Part shown: piece after piece, positions 48,161 to 60,579 of the stretch
Position numbering within the stretch: position 1 is the first letter of the stretch
How the letters are laid out: each line of letters opens with the position of its first letter
Program-made: the position numbers and the translations under genes
Origin: Felis catus
Lineage: Eukaryota
NCBI RefSeq assembly: GCF_018350175.1
Contig: NC_058368.1
Span: 137,084,001 to 137,148,000 of the forward strand
DNA: 64,000 nt
Reading direction: 5' to 3'
Notes under the pieces: model-generated
What the model was told of the DNA's origin: nothing
The model's input: the letters and a program-made list of their open reading frames with translations, nothing else
Database searches by the model: none

Positions 48161-51100
48161 CTCTAAATAGATCTTTCCCTAGAGAGCAGAGCAACAAAAC
48201 ATCTGGAATAAGGGAAAAGTTCTGTGGTCCTTTTTCATGCCGGGTAAAACTTCAAATAACTGATTGATTTGTCTTTCTTAGGTTATAGTCTCCATTTACT
48301 TCCCAAAAGGATTACAATGGCATAAAACAAAAGGCACAAACAATCAAACGATTAAAATAGAAACTGAAAATCAAAAGAAATAGAAAAAGATGAGGAAGTT
48401 TGCACTCCAAAAGCCTAGGCTGATATGATTATGGTTGATCTTCACATTTGCTTCTGAACTCTTTGGCAGGCCAAAGCCAAGAGAAAACATTGTTGAATAC
48501 AAGGACACAGATGATTCAAGCTTTTTTTCTGGTCCTAACTCTTAGAGGACTCTAGTGTGTGGGTCATTATACATAGAACAGCATGCTAGGCAGTGTGGTC
48601 TGACATGACAGCAAGGTAGGGGGCTCCAATACCTGTAACATCTCACCCCCTTGCTTCAGCTCTCACCTCGTTTACTCATCTATAGCGAGACATCCCCCAC
48701 TGAGTACATTACAAACATAAGATATTGTTACTAGACCTGGGACTAAGGATATCAACAATGGCAATAATAGTAATGTGTTCTGGGAGGGTTTTACAGAAGA
48801 CACACAAACATTCTTCAAGTGACTGTTGTAACACTCACCCTTGATTTTAAAAGACTGAGACACAACTTTCCAATGTAATTCAGCAAAGGCCTTTCTTGCA
48901 AGGCAGGGCATAAAACCAAGTATATCCTGGCTAACCACTTGCCTCTTGAACTTCATAAATGGGATGAAGCTCAGGGCAATCCGTGGGTGCTGTGGCTTCA
49001 CAGAGCACCCGTAAACCAAAGAATCTTTCCTTTACCATTGCTTATAATCTCCCCAGCCTGGAACTTGAAAAATTGTCTGGACCGAAAAGTAAATGGGAGT
49101 GCTCGTCTAAACCCAAAGCAGGGCTGCAGGCAGTCCTTCTCTCAAGGAATTGGCAATGGTTGGCCACAGCACCAGGAGAAAGAAAGATACGTGTCTGTGG
49201 CTACCCTTGGATTTGCAGACTGGCTGTGGAATGCAAATGCTTGGTCACTGAGAATGGTTGCCAGGAGCCAGTGGAATATCAGTATGGCTACCACTGGGTT
49301 CTTTCTGCATCAGCCATATTTGTGTGTTGCCTGCTTCTCTTTCAAAGGGGAGGGTCAGAGGGCTCCTGTCCTACTCACAGAATCCCTAGAGATAACATAC
49401 CTCATCCTGGAAATAATGTAATAACCGCAACAATCGTTAGATGCTGTCCTGTTTTATATGCCTGACCTCATTAAATCCCAATAAGAAGGGTCTAGTATTA
49501 CTCTCATTTTACTATAAGAAAACAGATTTGAAAATGATTCTTTCTACCAAGTGACTAGGGGAGAAAAAGACCTCTGGGACTCAGGAAAGAAGACCGTTGA
49601 ATTTTCTGTTCTTATTTGCAGGGGTGGTTAACTGGGAGAGATGCAAAACCTGAGGGCCATTCATTCACAAATTGAAATCACGATTAAGTCCTTAGTACAA
49701 GACTAGCATCAGGATAATCTCATGAAGAATGCACAGATGGCTGCTGTCCACACACACTTACAATCTAGTCCAGTTTACAAATTAACCGGTTTAGAATATA
49801 CCATTGGAAAGGTGTCTACAAAACCTCCTGTCCCCCTACCATCCCTTCTGAGCCACAGCCTTTCTCAGATGCTTAATTTGAATATCAAAGGCAGCCAGAG
49901 GTGTTGATAAGGGGACATTATTTTGCACCTGACTGATTCCCTCAAGACACAGAGGGTTTAGAGGCCAAGTTGACTCTTAGGGCCTCAAGACGGTTTGGTC
50001 CAGCTGTCGGGCTGCTTCCCTGGCACCTTTGAATGAGGCCCCTGATTTTTCTAGATATATGCAGGCCTTTCAGACTGGAGGGGCTTCAGAATGCCTTCAT
50101 CCCATTGGAGATACTGACCCACCTTATTTTCTGTCTAAAATAGTTACCATCACCTCTTGAGCAGAGAATGGAGGAGGAATGAGGTGGGTGCTGTAACTCA
50201 TTCTAAAAATAGACCACACTGGTGAGTGAGGGTGAGAATGGTTGGCCATAGAGGTAGGGGGTGTGTGGTGCCTCTCTCCTTTGAAAGGGTGTTCCTCAAC
50301 GGGGCATCAGAGCCACAGACAGCCCCCAAGAGCCACAGCTCTGAAGGACAAACAAGCCAGCCCTCCATGGGACCACAGAGCCCCATTTCCGGGATTTGAA
50401 GCAACTTGAAGCTTTCTCCATGGGAGCCTCCCCAGTTCTCCCTGTTTTCCAAGCGAGTAGCCTGCATTGTAAAGAGTTCTTCCTTTGCTTTGTGTACTTC
50501 TTGCATTTTTAAACAGCAGTTTCTCAGAACAGATGCTCTCTTCCCTTCTTTCTGGTGGCCTTTCTGCACAAACAGCAGATTGTCTGCTTCTGTCATCTTA
50601 ATCGAGGGAAGGAGAGAAACATGTTAATCATGTTATTTTTCTCTTCCTTCTGCCTGCAATTAGTTATGTGAGCCAAGGGCCCCCTCTCTCTTGTGCTAAC
50701 ACCCCACGCAGGTGATTTTCCTGTGCACGGCTCACCAAACCTGCTTCCCTTTGACTGGAGGGGTTCTTTTAAAACAGACACCTTGGTTTCTTTTTTAGAT
50801 TTTGCTTCCTTTGATCTCCCCAGAAGTCAGGTTGCCTTGCAGTCCCTGGTTATGTCTTGATTTCTGCTCCCCCTGTATATTAAAGTCCCAAGACCAGGTT
50901 GAAATCTATGGGGACCATCCCATAGATGCACCACACAGCTCCAGGGGGCATCATTCACACAAGCTGTGTATCTATCTGATGGTCGCGCAATATGATGCAC
51001 AGATGTTGTGCAAAACAAACACAGTACTAAGCCATAAAACAAACGTAATGAAATGCAATACAATTGTGGGGATTTTTCTCATGATAACTGCTTTAATGCT

Positions 51101-51309
51101 CGTTTCAAAGTAACACATATAGATTCCCCTCCAACATTCTTTGTTTGGTGCTATAAACTCATGAGTAGCCCACCCACTGAGTAAAACCACCAGAAGGCTC
51201 CTTGCATCTCTCTGCTTTGGCAGGTGCCCCCATGTGCCAGAGAACTAAAATGGGCATATTTAATCCTGAGAAAGAAAAGAGTAGGATGAGCATGAAGATT
51301 TGCCTTCCA

Positions 51310-51500
51310 GGGGCACCTGCGTGGCTCAGTCAGTTAAGTGTCTGTCTGACTCTTGACTTCGGCTCAGGTCATGGTCTCACGGTTCGTGGGATCAAGCCCT
51401 GCGTTGGGCTCTGCACCGAGTGTGAAACCTTCTTGGGATTCTCTTTTTCCCTCTCTCTTCCCCTCCCCACCCAGAATAAATTTTAAAAAAGAAAAAGAAA
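51310..51500 (+). mobile_element. Can-SINE
   Basis: TSD-like aagatttgccttcc / aagattttccttcc. Confidence 0.92.
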
Positions 51501-51787
51501 AAGATTTTCCTTCCGGAAGAGTAAATTGCCATAGACCAGTAGTGGGAATAGACATTCTCTGCCTCTAATAGGGTCTCAACGTACATAATTTGCTCCAGGC
51601 TTCCTTTCAGGGCTGCTCTGAGGAACAGTGGCCTGGCAGGTCTCCTCCCCCTTCCAGCAAAGTAGAAAGGTGGGCTCTGCTGGGGTCCTGTGTGCAGGAA
51701 TGTCAGTTGGCGCCTAAGCAGGGGAAACAGAAACCACGCAAGTACTTAAAGCAGAGAAGATTTAATGCAGGAATACGTTATGCAGGT

Positions 51788-51880
51788 TTCTTGCTTGGGG
51801 TCCCCAGAAGACCCAGAGACAAGGATTCAAATGCGTGTCGTTTCGCTGGGAGGTGATGCCAGGACATACAAGTAGAGAAG
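51788..51880 (-). mobile_element. LTR16-type LTR fragment
   Basis: 'ggggtccccagaag...gagacaaggattcaaatgc...tgggaggtgat'. Confidence 0.55.
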
Positions 51881-51884
51881 TATA

Positions 51885-52768
51885 CAGCTGGTTGCTAAAC
51901 ACAGCCATTATTAAAAAATAAATCACATGAACTTGTAATTAAATATATTTTATTAAAAATGGGTCATAAATATTTAAAACATATCCCTATGTAATCATTT
52001 TACTTTTATCTGTGTTCTTTGGGTGATTTGTATCTATTGCACAGTATAGTAAAAACACTATATAATGGTATGCCGCGGTGCTTTTCTTATCAGCTCCGTG
52101 TTCAGTGATGTTACATTGATGGCCTGAAATCAGTCACGATGGGAGTATTTACACCATGGAAATCAAAACAATGCTATTAACTCAGGGCATGACTTACTGT
52201 TTTATTGTTTGTGTAGACTTACGAAAAAGAGAAAACGATGATAATGTAGATCGAACTTAAAAGTTGTCATTATATAGACGTTGTTCTGTGGATAGCCCCC
52301 ACACACAAATCGAGGAAATAGTCTCCCAGTATTCAAGAACTATAGTCCCAATTCAGCGAAGAAATTGCTAACATTACCAATGGATAGGTGAAGTTCTGGC
52401 ATGCATAGCACCAAAGCTGGAAGAGGGTTCAGTGTAATGGATATGGTCTGTGCAAAGGTAAGAAGTATTTTAACAATAGATTACATATCAGAGTAATGAT
52501 GTCAACTTTATGGGGGAGAAAGGCAGGGAGGCAGTTCCATTTGTCACATCATGGTTGGCTGCAAATACAAGAGTTGAGCAAAAATCATTCTGTGAGAATC
52601 CATTGGCTATATGGAATTTACAGTAAAGAGTTTGTATAGTTTATTATTAATTGTAAATTGTGCACTGCGTATCCTTTATCCATAATAAACTTACATTCAT
52701 GTAGTGTACTGGACATTTTCTTTTTCCTTGGAAAGCTAATTGTTAAACCTTTACCCGCATACCACTGG
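51885..52768. mobile_element. MER63C/D-like hAT-Blackjack fossil
   Basis: 'tgggagtatttacaccatggaaatc' and terminal 'ttgttaaacctttacccgcataccactgg'. Confidence 0.8.
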
Positions 52769-52835
52769 TGAAGTACATACACTTAAAGGTGATTCTGCTC
52801 CACAAGTTATACTATATTAAAACCCGGAACATCTT

Positions 52836-53056
52836 GGGGGCGACTGGGTGGTTCAGTCGGTTAAGCATCCAACTTCAGCTCAAGTCTTGATCTCACGATC
52901 AGTGAGTTCAAGCCCCACATTGGGCTCTGTGCTGACAGCTCAGAGCCTGGAGCCTGCTTTAGATTCTGTGTCTCCCTCTCTGTCTGCCTGTCCCCCACTC
53001 ATGCTCTGTCTCTCTCTGCTTCTCAAAAATGAATATATGTTTTAAAAAAATGTTTT
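52836..53056 (+). mobile_element. Can-SINE
   Basis: Degenerate TSD taaaacccggaacatct / taaaaccctgaatgtct. Confidence 0.93.
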
Positions 53057-54182
53057 TTAAACCCTGAATGTCTCATCCGATCCAGATACCTGTAAACGTA
53101 GGAAAGTATTTTCTCTCATCCAAAGAATAACACTCCAGTATTTCAATTTCACTTACCAAGTATTTATTAAACATCTATTGTGTATTAGAATGGTTTCATT
53201 AAATCATAGGAGCTTAAGAAATCTTTGAGACATTTGAATTTAACCTCATTTTTAAAAATTTTTATTTATCATTAAGGTATGGTTGATGTACAATGTTATA
53301 TTACATTCAACGTAGTGATTTGACAATTCTGTATATCCCTCAGTGCTTACTACTATGTAGTTGTCATCTGTCACCATACATAACTATTACAAGGTTGACC
53401 ATATTCCCTGTGCCGTACTGTTATCACTGTGACTTATTTATTTTATAACTGGAAATTTGTATCTCTTTATCCCCCTCACCTATTTCAGCCATCTTTCACC
53501 CCACTTCTCCTCTGGCAACCATGAGTTTATTCTCTGAATTTAAGGGTCTGTTTGTTTGTTGGATTCTACATATAAGTGAAATCATTATCCTATTTGTCTT
53601 TCTCTGACTTATTTTACTTAACATGATACCCTCTAGGTCCATCCACGTTATCACAAATGGCAAGATTTCTTTCTTTTTTTATGGCTGAGTAATACTCCAT
53701 TATATGTCTATACCACATCTTCTTTATTCATTCATCTATGGATGAAGACTTGGGTTGCCTCCAGATCTCAGCTTTTGTAAACAGTGCTGCAATAGACACA
53801 AGAGTGCATATATCTCTTCCAATTAGCGTTTTCATTTTCTTTGGGTAAATACAAAGAATAGAATTGCTGGTTCATATGGTATTTTTATTTTTAATTTTCC
53901 CAGGAACTTCCATACTATTTTCCACAGTGGCTGCACCAACTATACTTCCACCAACAGTACAGAAGGGTTCCTTTTTTTCCCACATCCTCTCCAACACTTG
54001 TTTATTCTTGTCTTTTTTAGTAGCCGTTCTGACTGGTGTGAGGTAATATCTCATTGTGGTTTTGATTTGCATTTACCTGACGATTAGTGATGTTGAGCAT
54101 CTTGCCACGCAGGTGTCTGTTGGCCAAAAATGTCTATTCAGGTCTTCTGCCCATTTTTTAATTGGATTGTTTTGGGTTTGCT

Positions 54183-54378
54183 TCTTTTTAATTTAAATTT
54201 AAGTTAGTTCACATACAATGTAGTCTTGGCTTCAGGAGTAGAATCCAGTGATTCATCTCTTACATATGACACCCAGTACTCATCCCAAAAAGTGCCCTCC
54301 TTAATGCCCATCACCCATTTGGCCCATCCATCCACCCAGCACCCCTCCAGCAACTCTCAGTTTGTTCTCTGTATTGAT
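54183..54378 (-). mobile_element. Short carnivore L1 3'UTR insertion
   Basis: 'aagttagttcacatacaatgtagtcttggcttcaggagtagaatccagtgattcatc...acacccagtactcatcccaaaaagtgccctcc'. Confidence 0.85.
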
Positions 54379-54404
54379 TTTTTTAACATGTATTTTCCCA
54401 CAGG

Positions 54405-55055
54405 TTTTTTATTTCAGTTTTTGGTGTTTTGGTTTTTTGGTTTTTTATTTTTTGTTTTAGTATAGCTGACACATTTATGTTACATTCGTTTCAGGTGTAT
54501 AACTTAGTGATCTTACGAGTTTATACATTATGCTATGTTCACCACAAGTGTAGCTACCATCTGTCCCATTACATGCCTATTACAGTATCACTGACTGTAT
54601 TCCTTATGCTGTGCCTTTTATTCCTGTGACTTATTCATTTCTTAACCAGAAGCCTGTATCTCCCTCTCTCCTTCACCCATTTTGCCCAACTCCCCATCCC
54701 CTCCTCTCTGGTAACCATCAGTTTGTTCTCTGTATTTGTAGTTCTGATTCTGCTTTTTGTTTGTTTATTCTTTTTTTTTTTTTTAGATTCCACTTATGAG
54801 TGGAATTAAATGGCATTTGTCTTTCTCAGTCTGACTTATTTCACTTAGCATGATACCTGCTAGGTCCATCTATGTTGTGTAAATGGCATGATCTCATCCT
54901 TTTTTGTGGCTATGTAATATTACGTTCCATATATATTCCATGTATATATATATTATATATATGTATATATTCCATGTATATATATTATATATATGTATAT
55001 ATACATATATATAATGTATATATACCACATTTTCCTTATCTATTCATTGAACCGT
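54405..55055 (-). mobile_element. Further L1 3'UTR copy (L1_Carn-like) with TA-rich tract at 54928-55024
   Basis: Repeats the 3'UTR motifs of the 53250 element: 'ctctggtaaccatcagtttgttctctgtat', 'ctgacttatttcacttagcat'. Confidence 0.85.
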
Positions 55056-55234
55056 GGGTTTTTTGTTTTTCTGTTTTGTTTTTTTTTTTATTTTGGTTTT
55101 GAGTTACATAAGTTCTTTCATATTTGGGATACTAATCCTTCATCAGATATATCATTTTAAAATATTTTCTCTCATTCGCTAGGTTGCTTTTTTGTGTTGT
55201 TAATTATTTCCTTTGCTATGCAAAATCTTCTTAT

Positions 55235-56090
55235 TTTTTTAATTGAGATAAAACTCGTATAACATAAAATTCACTATTTTAAAGTGTACGATTCAGGGGT
55301 GCCTGGGTGGCTCAGTAGGTTGAGCATCTGACTTCGGCTCAGGTCATAATCTCACGTTTCGTGGGTTTGAGCCCTGCATCGGCTCTGTGCTGACAGCTCA
55401 GAGCCTGGAGGCTGCTTCCAATTCTGTCTCTCTCTCTCTCTGCCCCTCCCCTCCTCATGCTCTGTGTCTGTCTTTCTCAAAAATAAATAAACATTAAAAA
55501 TAAAAATAAATAAAGTGTATAATTCAGTGGTTTTTTAGTATATTCACAATGTTTTGCAACCATCACTAATATCTAGTTCCAGAACATTTTTATCATCCCC
55601 CAAAGTAAGTCTGTACCAATTAAGCAGTCACAACCCATTTTTCCTTCCCCCAGTCCCTGCCAAGCACTCATAGCTCTATGGATATATCTATTGTAGCCAT
55701 TTCATATAAATGAAATACTATAATAAATGACCTTTATCTCTGGTTTCTTTCACTAACATGTTTTCAAGTTTCACTCATTGTAGTGTGTATCCTTTTTATA
55801 GCTTCATTCTTTTTTATGGCTAAATACATCCATTATATGGATGTAACACGCTTTTTAAACCATTCTTATTCATTCATCAGTTAATGCACATTGAGTTGTT
55901 TCTACTTTTTTGACTCTTTTGAATAATGTTGCTGTGAGCATTGATGTACGAGTTTCTGTTTGAACATGTTTTAAGTTCCATCAAGTGTGGCCTTACTGGG
56001 TTCTATGGTAACTCCATGTGTGACTTTTTGAGGAACTACCAGACTATACTCCACAGCAGCTGCACCATTTTGCATTCCCATCAGCAGTGG
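55235..56090 (-). mobile_element. Old L1 (L1MB/L1MC-like) 3' end interrupted by a SINE
   Basis: 'aattgagataaaactcgtataacataaaattcac...ttccagaacatttttatcatcccc...tgaggaactaccagact...ctgcaccattttgcattccca'. Confidence 0.85.
55296..55510 (+). mobile_element. Can-SINE
   Basis: TSD taaagtgtacgattca / taaagtgtataattca. Confidence 0.95.
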
Positions 56091-56463
56091 ATGACGAAAA
56101 CACCTCAATTTCAAAATGAGGATTCTTAGGCCCAGGAAGGTTAAGGGACTTGCACAAAGTCATGATAGAACTAGATCTACAGTCAAAGCTCTCAGTGGCC
56201 GCTCTGGTGCTCCTTTTACCAGTGGCTCTGCTCAAAGGCCAAGGCAAAATGCTCTTCCTGTTGTATAACATAGGGCAGCAAGGTGGACATTGTAGAAAAA
56301 AAATTAAACTTTGGTGAAAATAAAAAGGATGGGTTTTCAGGTAAACTGAACCAGAAATTTAATCAGCACCCCCACCTCGTTTGTCTCCCTACCCTGACCT
56401 TGCACTTCACCTGCATTGATTCAGCTCCTCAAAGTTCTGCTGTACTAAAGCAATTCTTTTCTA

Positions 56464-56693
56464 TTTTTTAAATTTTTAAATTTTTATTTTGTTTTAAACT
56501 TCATTTTGAGAGAGAGAGAGAGAGAGAGCAAGGGAGGGACAGAGAGAGAGGGAGAGAGAGAGGAATCCCAGGCAAGCTCCACACTGTCAGCACAGAGCTG
56601 GATGTGGGACTCAAACTCAGGAACCATGAGATCATGACCTGAGCCAAAATCAAGAGTCAGGTGCTCAACCGACTGAGCCACCCAGGCACTCCC
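56464..56693 (-). mobile_element. Can-SINE (downstream monomer of tandem pair)
   Basis: Reverse-complement SINE with head ending 'cccaggcactccc'. Confidence 0.93.
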
Positions 56694-56872
56694 TTTTTTG
56701 AGAAAGAGAGAGAGAGCATAAGCAGGGGATGGGCAGAGAGAGAGGAAGACAGAGGACCTGAAGTGGGCTCTGCACTGACAGCAGCGAGCCTGATGTGGGG
56801 CTCGAACTCATGAACCATGCGATAATGACCTGAGTCAAAGTCAGACCAACTGACAGAGCCACCCAGGTGCCG
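56694..56872 (-). mobile_element. Can-SINE (upstream monomer of tandem pair)
   Basis: Reverse-complement SINE whose A6 tail joins directly to the next SINE head. Confidence 0.9.
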
Positions 56873-57418
56873 CTAGAGCAAACTCTTCTAATAACACGCT
56901 TGCCTTAGCGTAAACACTCAAGAAAAATAATAAGATCACTGTTTAAGCCCGTTTTTACAGTATTTTTCTGAGAGAAAAGCCTTGATTCTTTTTCTTTATT
57001 TCTAGTTCTTGTTCTACTTTGGGCCCCGGTCATTCTTTACCCAGGGTTTTACAAAAGCAGCTTCTCAGGTCTCCGTGCTCCTGTTTTTACCCACTGCCCT
57101 GACACCTAGATCCTACCTGTCCCCTGCCAACTATCGAAAGACTAAGTTCTGCTATAAATAACATCAGTATTTTTCTCAGAGTTCACGATCTCTCAACATG
57201 CCCAGCATGTTCATGCTTTCAAGTGTTTTCCATATTATAGTTAACCTAAAAAACAATAGTAAGAGCCTTCTATGTGCTAGTCCAGGAATTTAAATTAACT
57301 CATTTTCTGCCTTCAAAGAATAAACTCACAGGTGAAGCTCCCGTTTAGCAAATACTAACAACAGGATCTTATATAAAATAAATAAATACAATCTTTTATA
57401 TAAAATAATAGATTTACA

Positions 57419-57600
57419 GGGTGCTTGGGTGGCTCAGTCGCTTCAGCATCCAACTCTTGATCTTGGCTCAGGTCATGATCCCAGGGTCATGAGATGGAGC
57501 CCTAGTTGGGGTCTTTGCTGAGCACAGAGCATGCTTAAGAGTCTTTCATTCTCGCTCTACCTCTGCCGCTTTCTCCTGCTAGCACTTACTCTCTAAGATA
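57419..57600 (+). mobile_element. Diverged Can-SINE
   Basis: gggtgcttgggtggctcagtcg...cttggctcaggtcatgatccc. Confidence 0.88.
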
Positions 57601-57610
57601 AGGTATAAGA

Positions 57611-57689
57611 GATAAGATAAGATAAGATAAGATAAGATAAGATAAGATAAGATAAGATAAGGCCAGACAAGACAAGACAAGACAAGACA
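57611..57689. repeat. (GATAA)10 followed by (GACAA)n pentanucleotide repeat
   Basis: Direct read. Confidence 0.95.
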
Positions 57690-57734
57690 TTTGCGAAGTC
57701 CAGAAGTAGAGCAAGGTAAGAAATTATTAACTTT

Positions 57735-58190
57735 CTAGGAGTAGTTAATAAAAAGCATCATAGAGGATGTAATGCCAGCTTCAGCTTTGAAGGATGAAGA
57801 GGAGCTCACCAAATAAAATAGAGGAAAAGCAATCCATGCAGAAGGAACAGCCACTAAAAAGCAGAGAGGCAAAAACAGAAAGATATGAAGGAATTCATGG
57901 CAGTTCTGGAGAGCAGGGAAGGAGATAGACTGCAGAATGGCAGGAGTTGGCCCTAGAAAGGTGTGGCTGTGTGTCAGACAAAAGTCTTATGTGCCAACTA
58001 AGGAGTGTGCACTTTGTTTTAAACAGAAGAAGGATAGTTTGTGTTTAGCTAGATACTACAGGGATCAGTTTAGGAAGTGGGTTTGAGGGGCCCCAAAGAG
58101 TAGAGGCAAGGAGACTCTTGATACAGTCCAAGTGACAGACAATGAAGGCCTGGCCTACGACAGTGGGGGTGATAGTGATAGAGCAAGGTG
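57735..58190 (-). mobile_element. L2 fragment
   Basis: 'ctttgaaggatgaagaggagctcacca...gcagaaggaacagc...cttatgtgccaactaaggagtgtgcacttt'. Confidence 0.65.
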
Positions 58191-60579
58191 ACCTTCACCT
58201 TGTCACCCATCACCTCCTAGCTGGAATTAACCACAGCCTCTACTGATATCTGGCACTTTGTACAAACCTCCACCACAGCCCTCCTCTCATGGAATGAGTT
58301 CTCTTTAATATATCAGTACTCCACACACCTCCAGACTATAGATCTGGAAAGACAGTGGCCAGGATACCTTGTGTCCCCAGCATTCAGTACCCTCTCTCTT
58401 CCTACAGTGCCTCTCAAACTTTCATTAAGACACAAATATTGGTCCAATAGTTCTTGGGTGGGAGTAAGAATCTGCATTCCTAGCAAGCTCCAAGGGTTTA
58501 TGCTATAGACTATGCATTGAGTGGCACAGATTTAGCACACAGACTTGTTGGCTGGACAAGAACTGCTTCCAGAACCTAGGCTTACAGAGCACACCCCTCC
58601 TCTGCTTCCTGGTCCTCAGAAAAGGACTTCATGTCATATGGCATTGTGTCCTCATTGAAGGGGAGAAAATTTCCAGTGGAAATTCTTCGTGACTAAGCCG
58701 TTGTCTTTAAAGGAAATGCACACCACTGTTGGTTGGGTCAGAATGGTGAGCAAATCCAGACCCTTTGGATGGACACTGAGTAACAGGGCAAAAAACCCCA
58801 ATTAGGCCTCAATACATTAATGAATGTCCTTGGTAGGCATAGGGCCCTTGAATAATTGATGAATGGGACTGTTCAGTGTTCACTGCAGTTCTGGCCAACA
58901 ACTGCTCATTATGGGAGATGATTCACTCTGTTCTATGGAACAAATTGTTCCAAGGTCTGACTCTACTTCCCTTGCCATTTTTTTAATAAAAAGCATGCAC
59001 CTGTGGAATTCATATGTATGCAGTTGTTTCCAGAATACAAATGAGAGAATTAATTTGTGTCCCATGGCCCATGATAGAGCAACCTTGGAGGACCCTGTCA
59101 GGAGACTTAGCGCTGGAACATCTTCTTTCCTCAGAGAAGAGGAAAGATATAGATATGTCAAGTCTTTGCTCATTGCAAAGATTTCATGAGCAGGATGAAC
59201 TTCAAAGAGACCACCTTCCCCAATAAGGCTGGTTATTTCCTAGATTTGGCAAAGGGGTGATTGGTATGCAAACTGTATGCCTGTATTTTAGACTGCATCT
59301 GGGAGCTAATTTAGTGTGTCTAGTTTCTGTTAGCCACGTATTTCTAAGTGCTTATAGTTGCCTTGTGAATTGGGTGCAGAGGACAGTTTAATTTTGATCT
59401 CAGTCTGATGGTTTAACAAACACATGTCAAGCTGCTATGGTTTGTCTATATCCCTTTTCTGTCCTGAAAGCTTGGAAATTTCTCAGTTTCATTTTTCCAA
59501 TTTATCATGTTGATAAAAAGATGCCTGTTTGTTTTATAAAACAAAGTAAAACCAACCATTTCGCTGAACATATTTCTCTCATGGCTGCCATGTGTGCAGA
59601 TTCAGACTGATGACACCCTGGGTGAGTGAAGAAGAAGGTAATGGCCCAGGACACAAGGGTCTCTTATTTATACAACCAGACAGTCTTCAAAATTGAGAGA
59701 GTTGGGTGGTCCGGTAAACCTAACAGTGCTGAGCCCAAGCATGAGCCCTGGAAAACATCCACCCCTTTCTGGTCCACTCCACAGATGCTAATATGGCTTG
59801 GCCCAGTCCCCAGAGTATAATCTGGATTGCATTGGACTCAAACCTGGACCTTGCCATGGTTCTCTTCTCACTGTCTCCAGCAAAACCTTGGACTGACCCA
59901 AACTCTGGACCCACTGTACGAGGGACTCAATATCCCTGCCAGATTGGAACGAAAATCCCTGATGAATCCCAGAGATTCAGAATGACTAGCTCTGGGAGAA
60001 CAGACAACCATGAGAGAAAGCAGCCTTCTTCATCCTCACTTTCTGACCACTTTCTTCAGACCTAATGAACCAGTGATCCTTTGTGAGTAGGAGATCTTTG
60101 CTTTAGGATCTTTGTTCTACATTTTCCAGGGAGATTTTCAAAAGTTGTCCAAACATAGGAGCTAGAAATGTTGAAAGGCAGAGATCTTCCATCTCTTCTC
60201 TCTTGTTCTTTGGCTGCTGTGGCATCTACTGCCTGTTGTTGAAATTTGGCCTGGCTAGCAAACTGTCTTATTGCCCTCTCTGGTGCTCATTTGGAAGGAG
60301 CAGTGTCTGGACAGAGTCCATTTGTCTTCTAGCTGATTCTAGAGCAACTGAGGATATTGAACCAGATTCTCAAGTCCAGTGGCTCTTCCTTTGTTCCCAC
60401 CTCCACTGTTGCTTTCAAGTCCAAGTTCCCTTTAATGCCCAGATGTGTCAGAGTCCCACAGTGATGGCCCAGACAAGAAAGAGATGACAGCATGTGCTGG
60501 GTAAGGATGTCACGCCAGGCAGTTCTCCTCCACAGTTCCTCCTCTGCAGTGGAGGATGACCTCTTCTTTGGCCGAAGAC

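Larger units (their letters stand above)
53250..55232 (-). mobile_element. L1 3' end (L1MA9/L1_Carn-like), resuming at ~55095 after two nested L1 3'UTR pieces
   Basis: Minus translation [15 protein letters not shown]...CTVGG (ORF2 C-terminal Cys-rich region); 3'UTR 'ctctggcaacc...ggattctacatataagtgaaatcat'. Confidence 0.9.
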
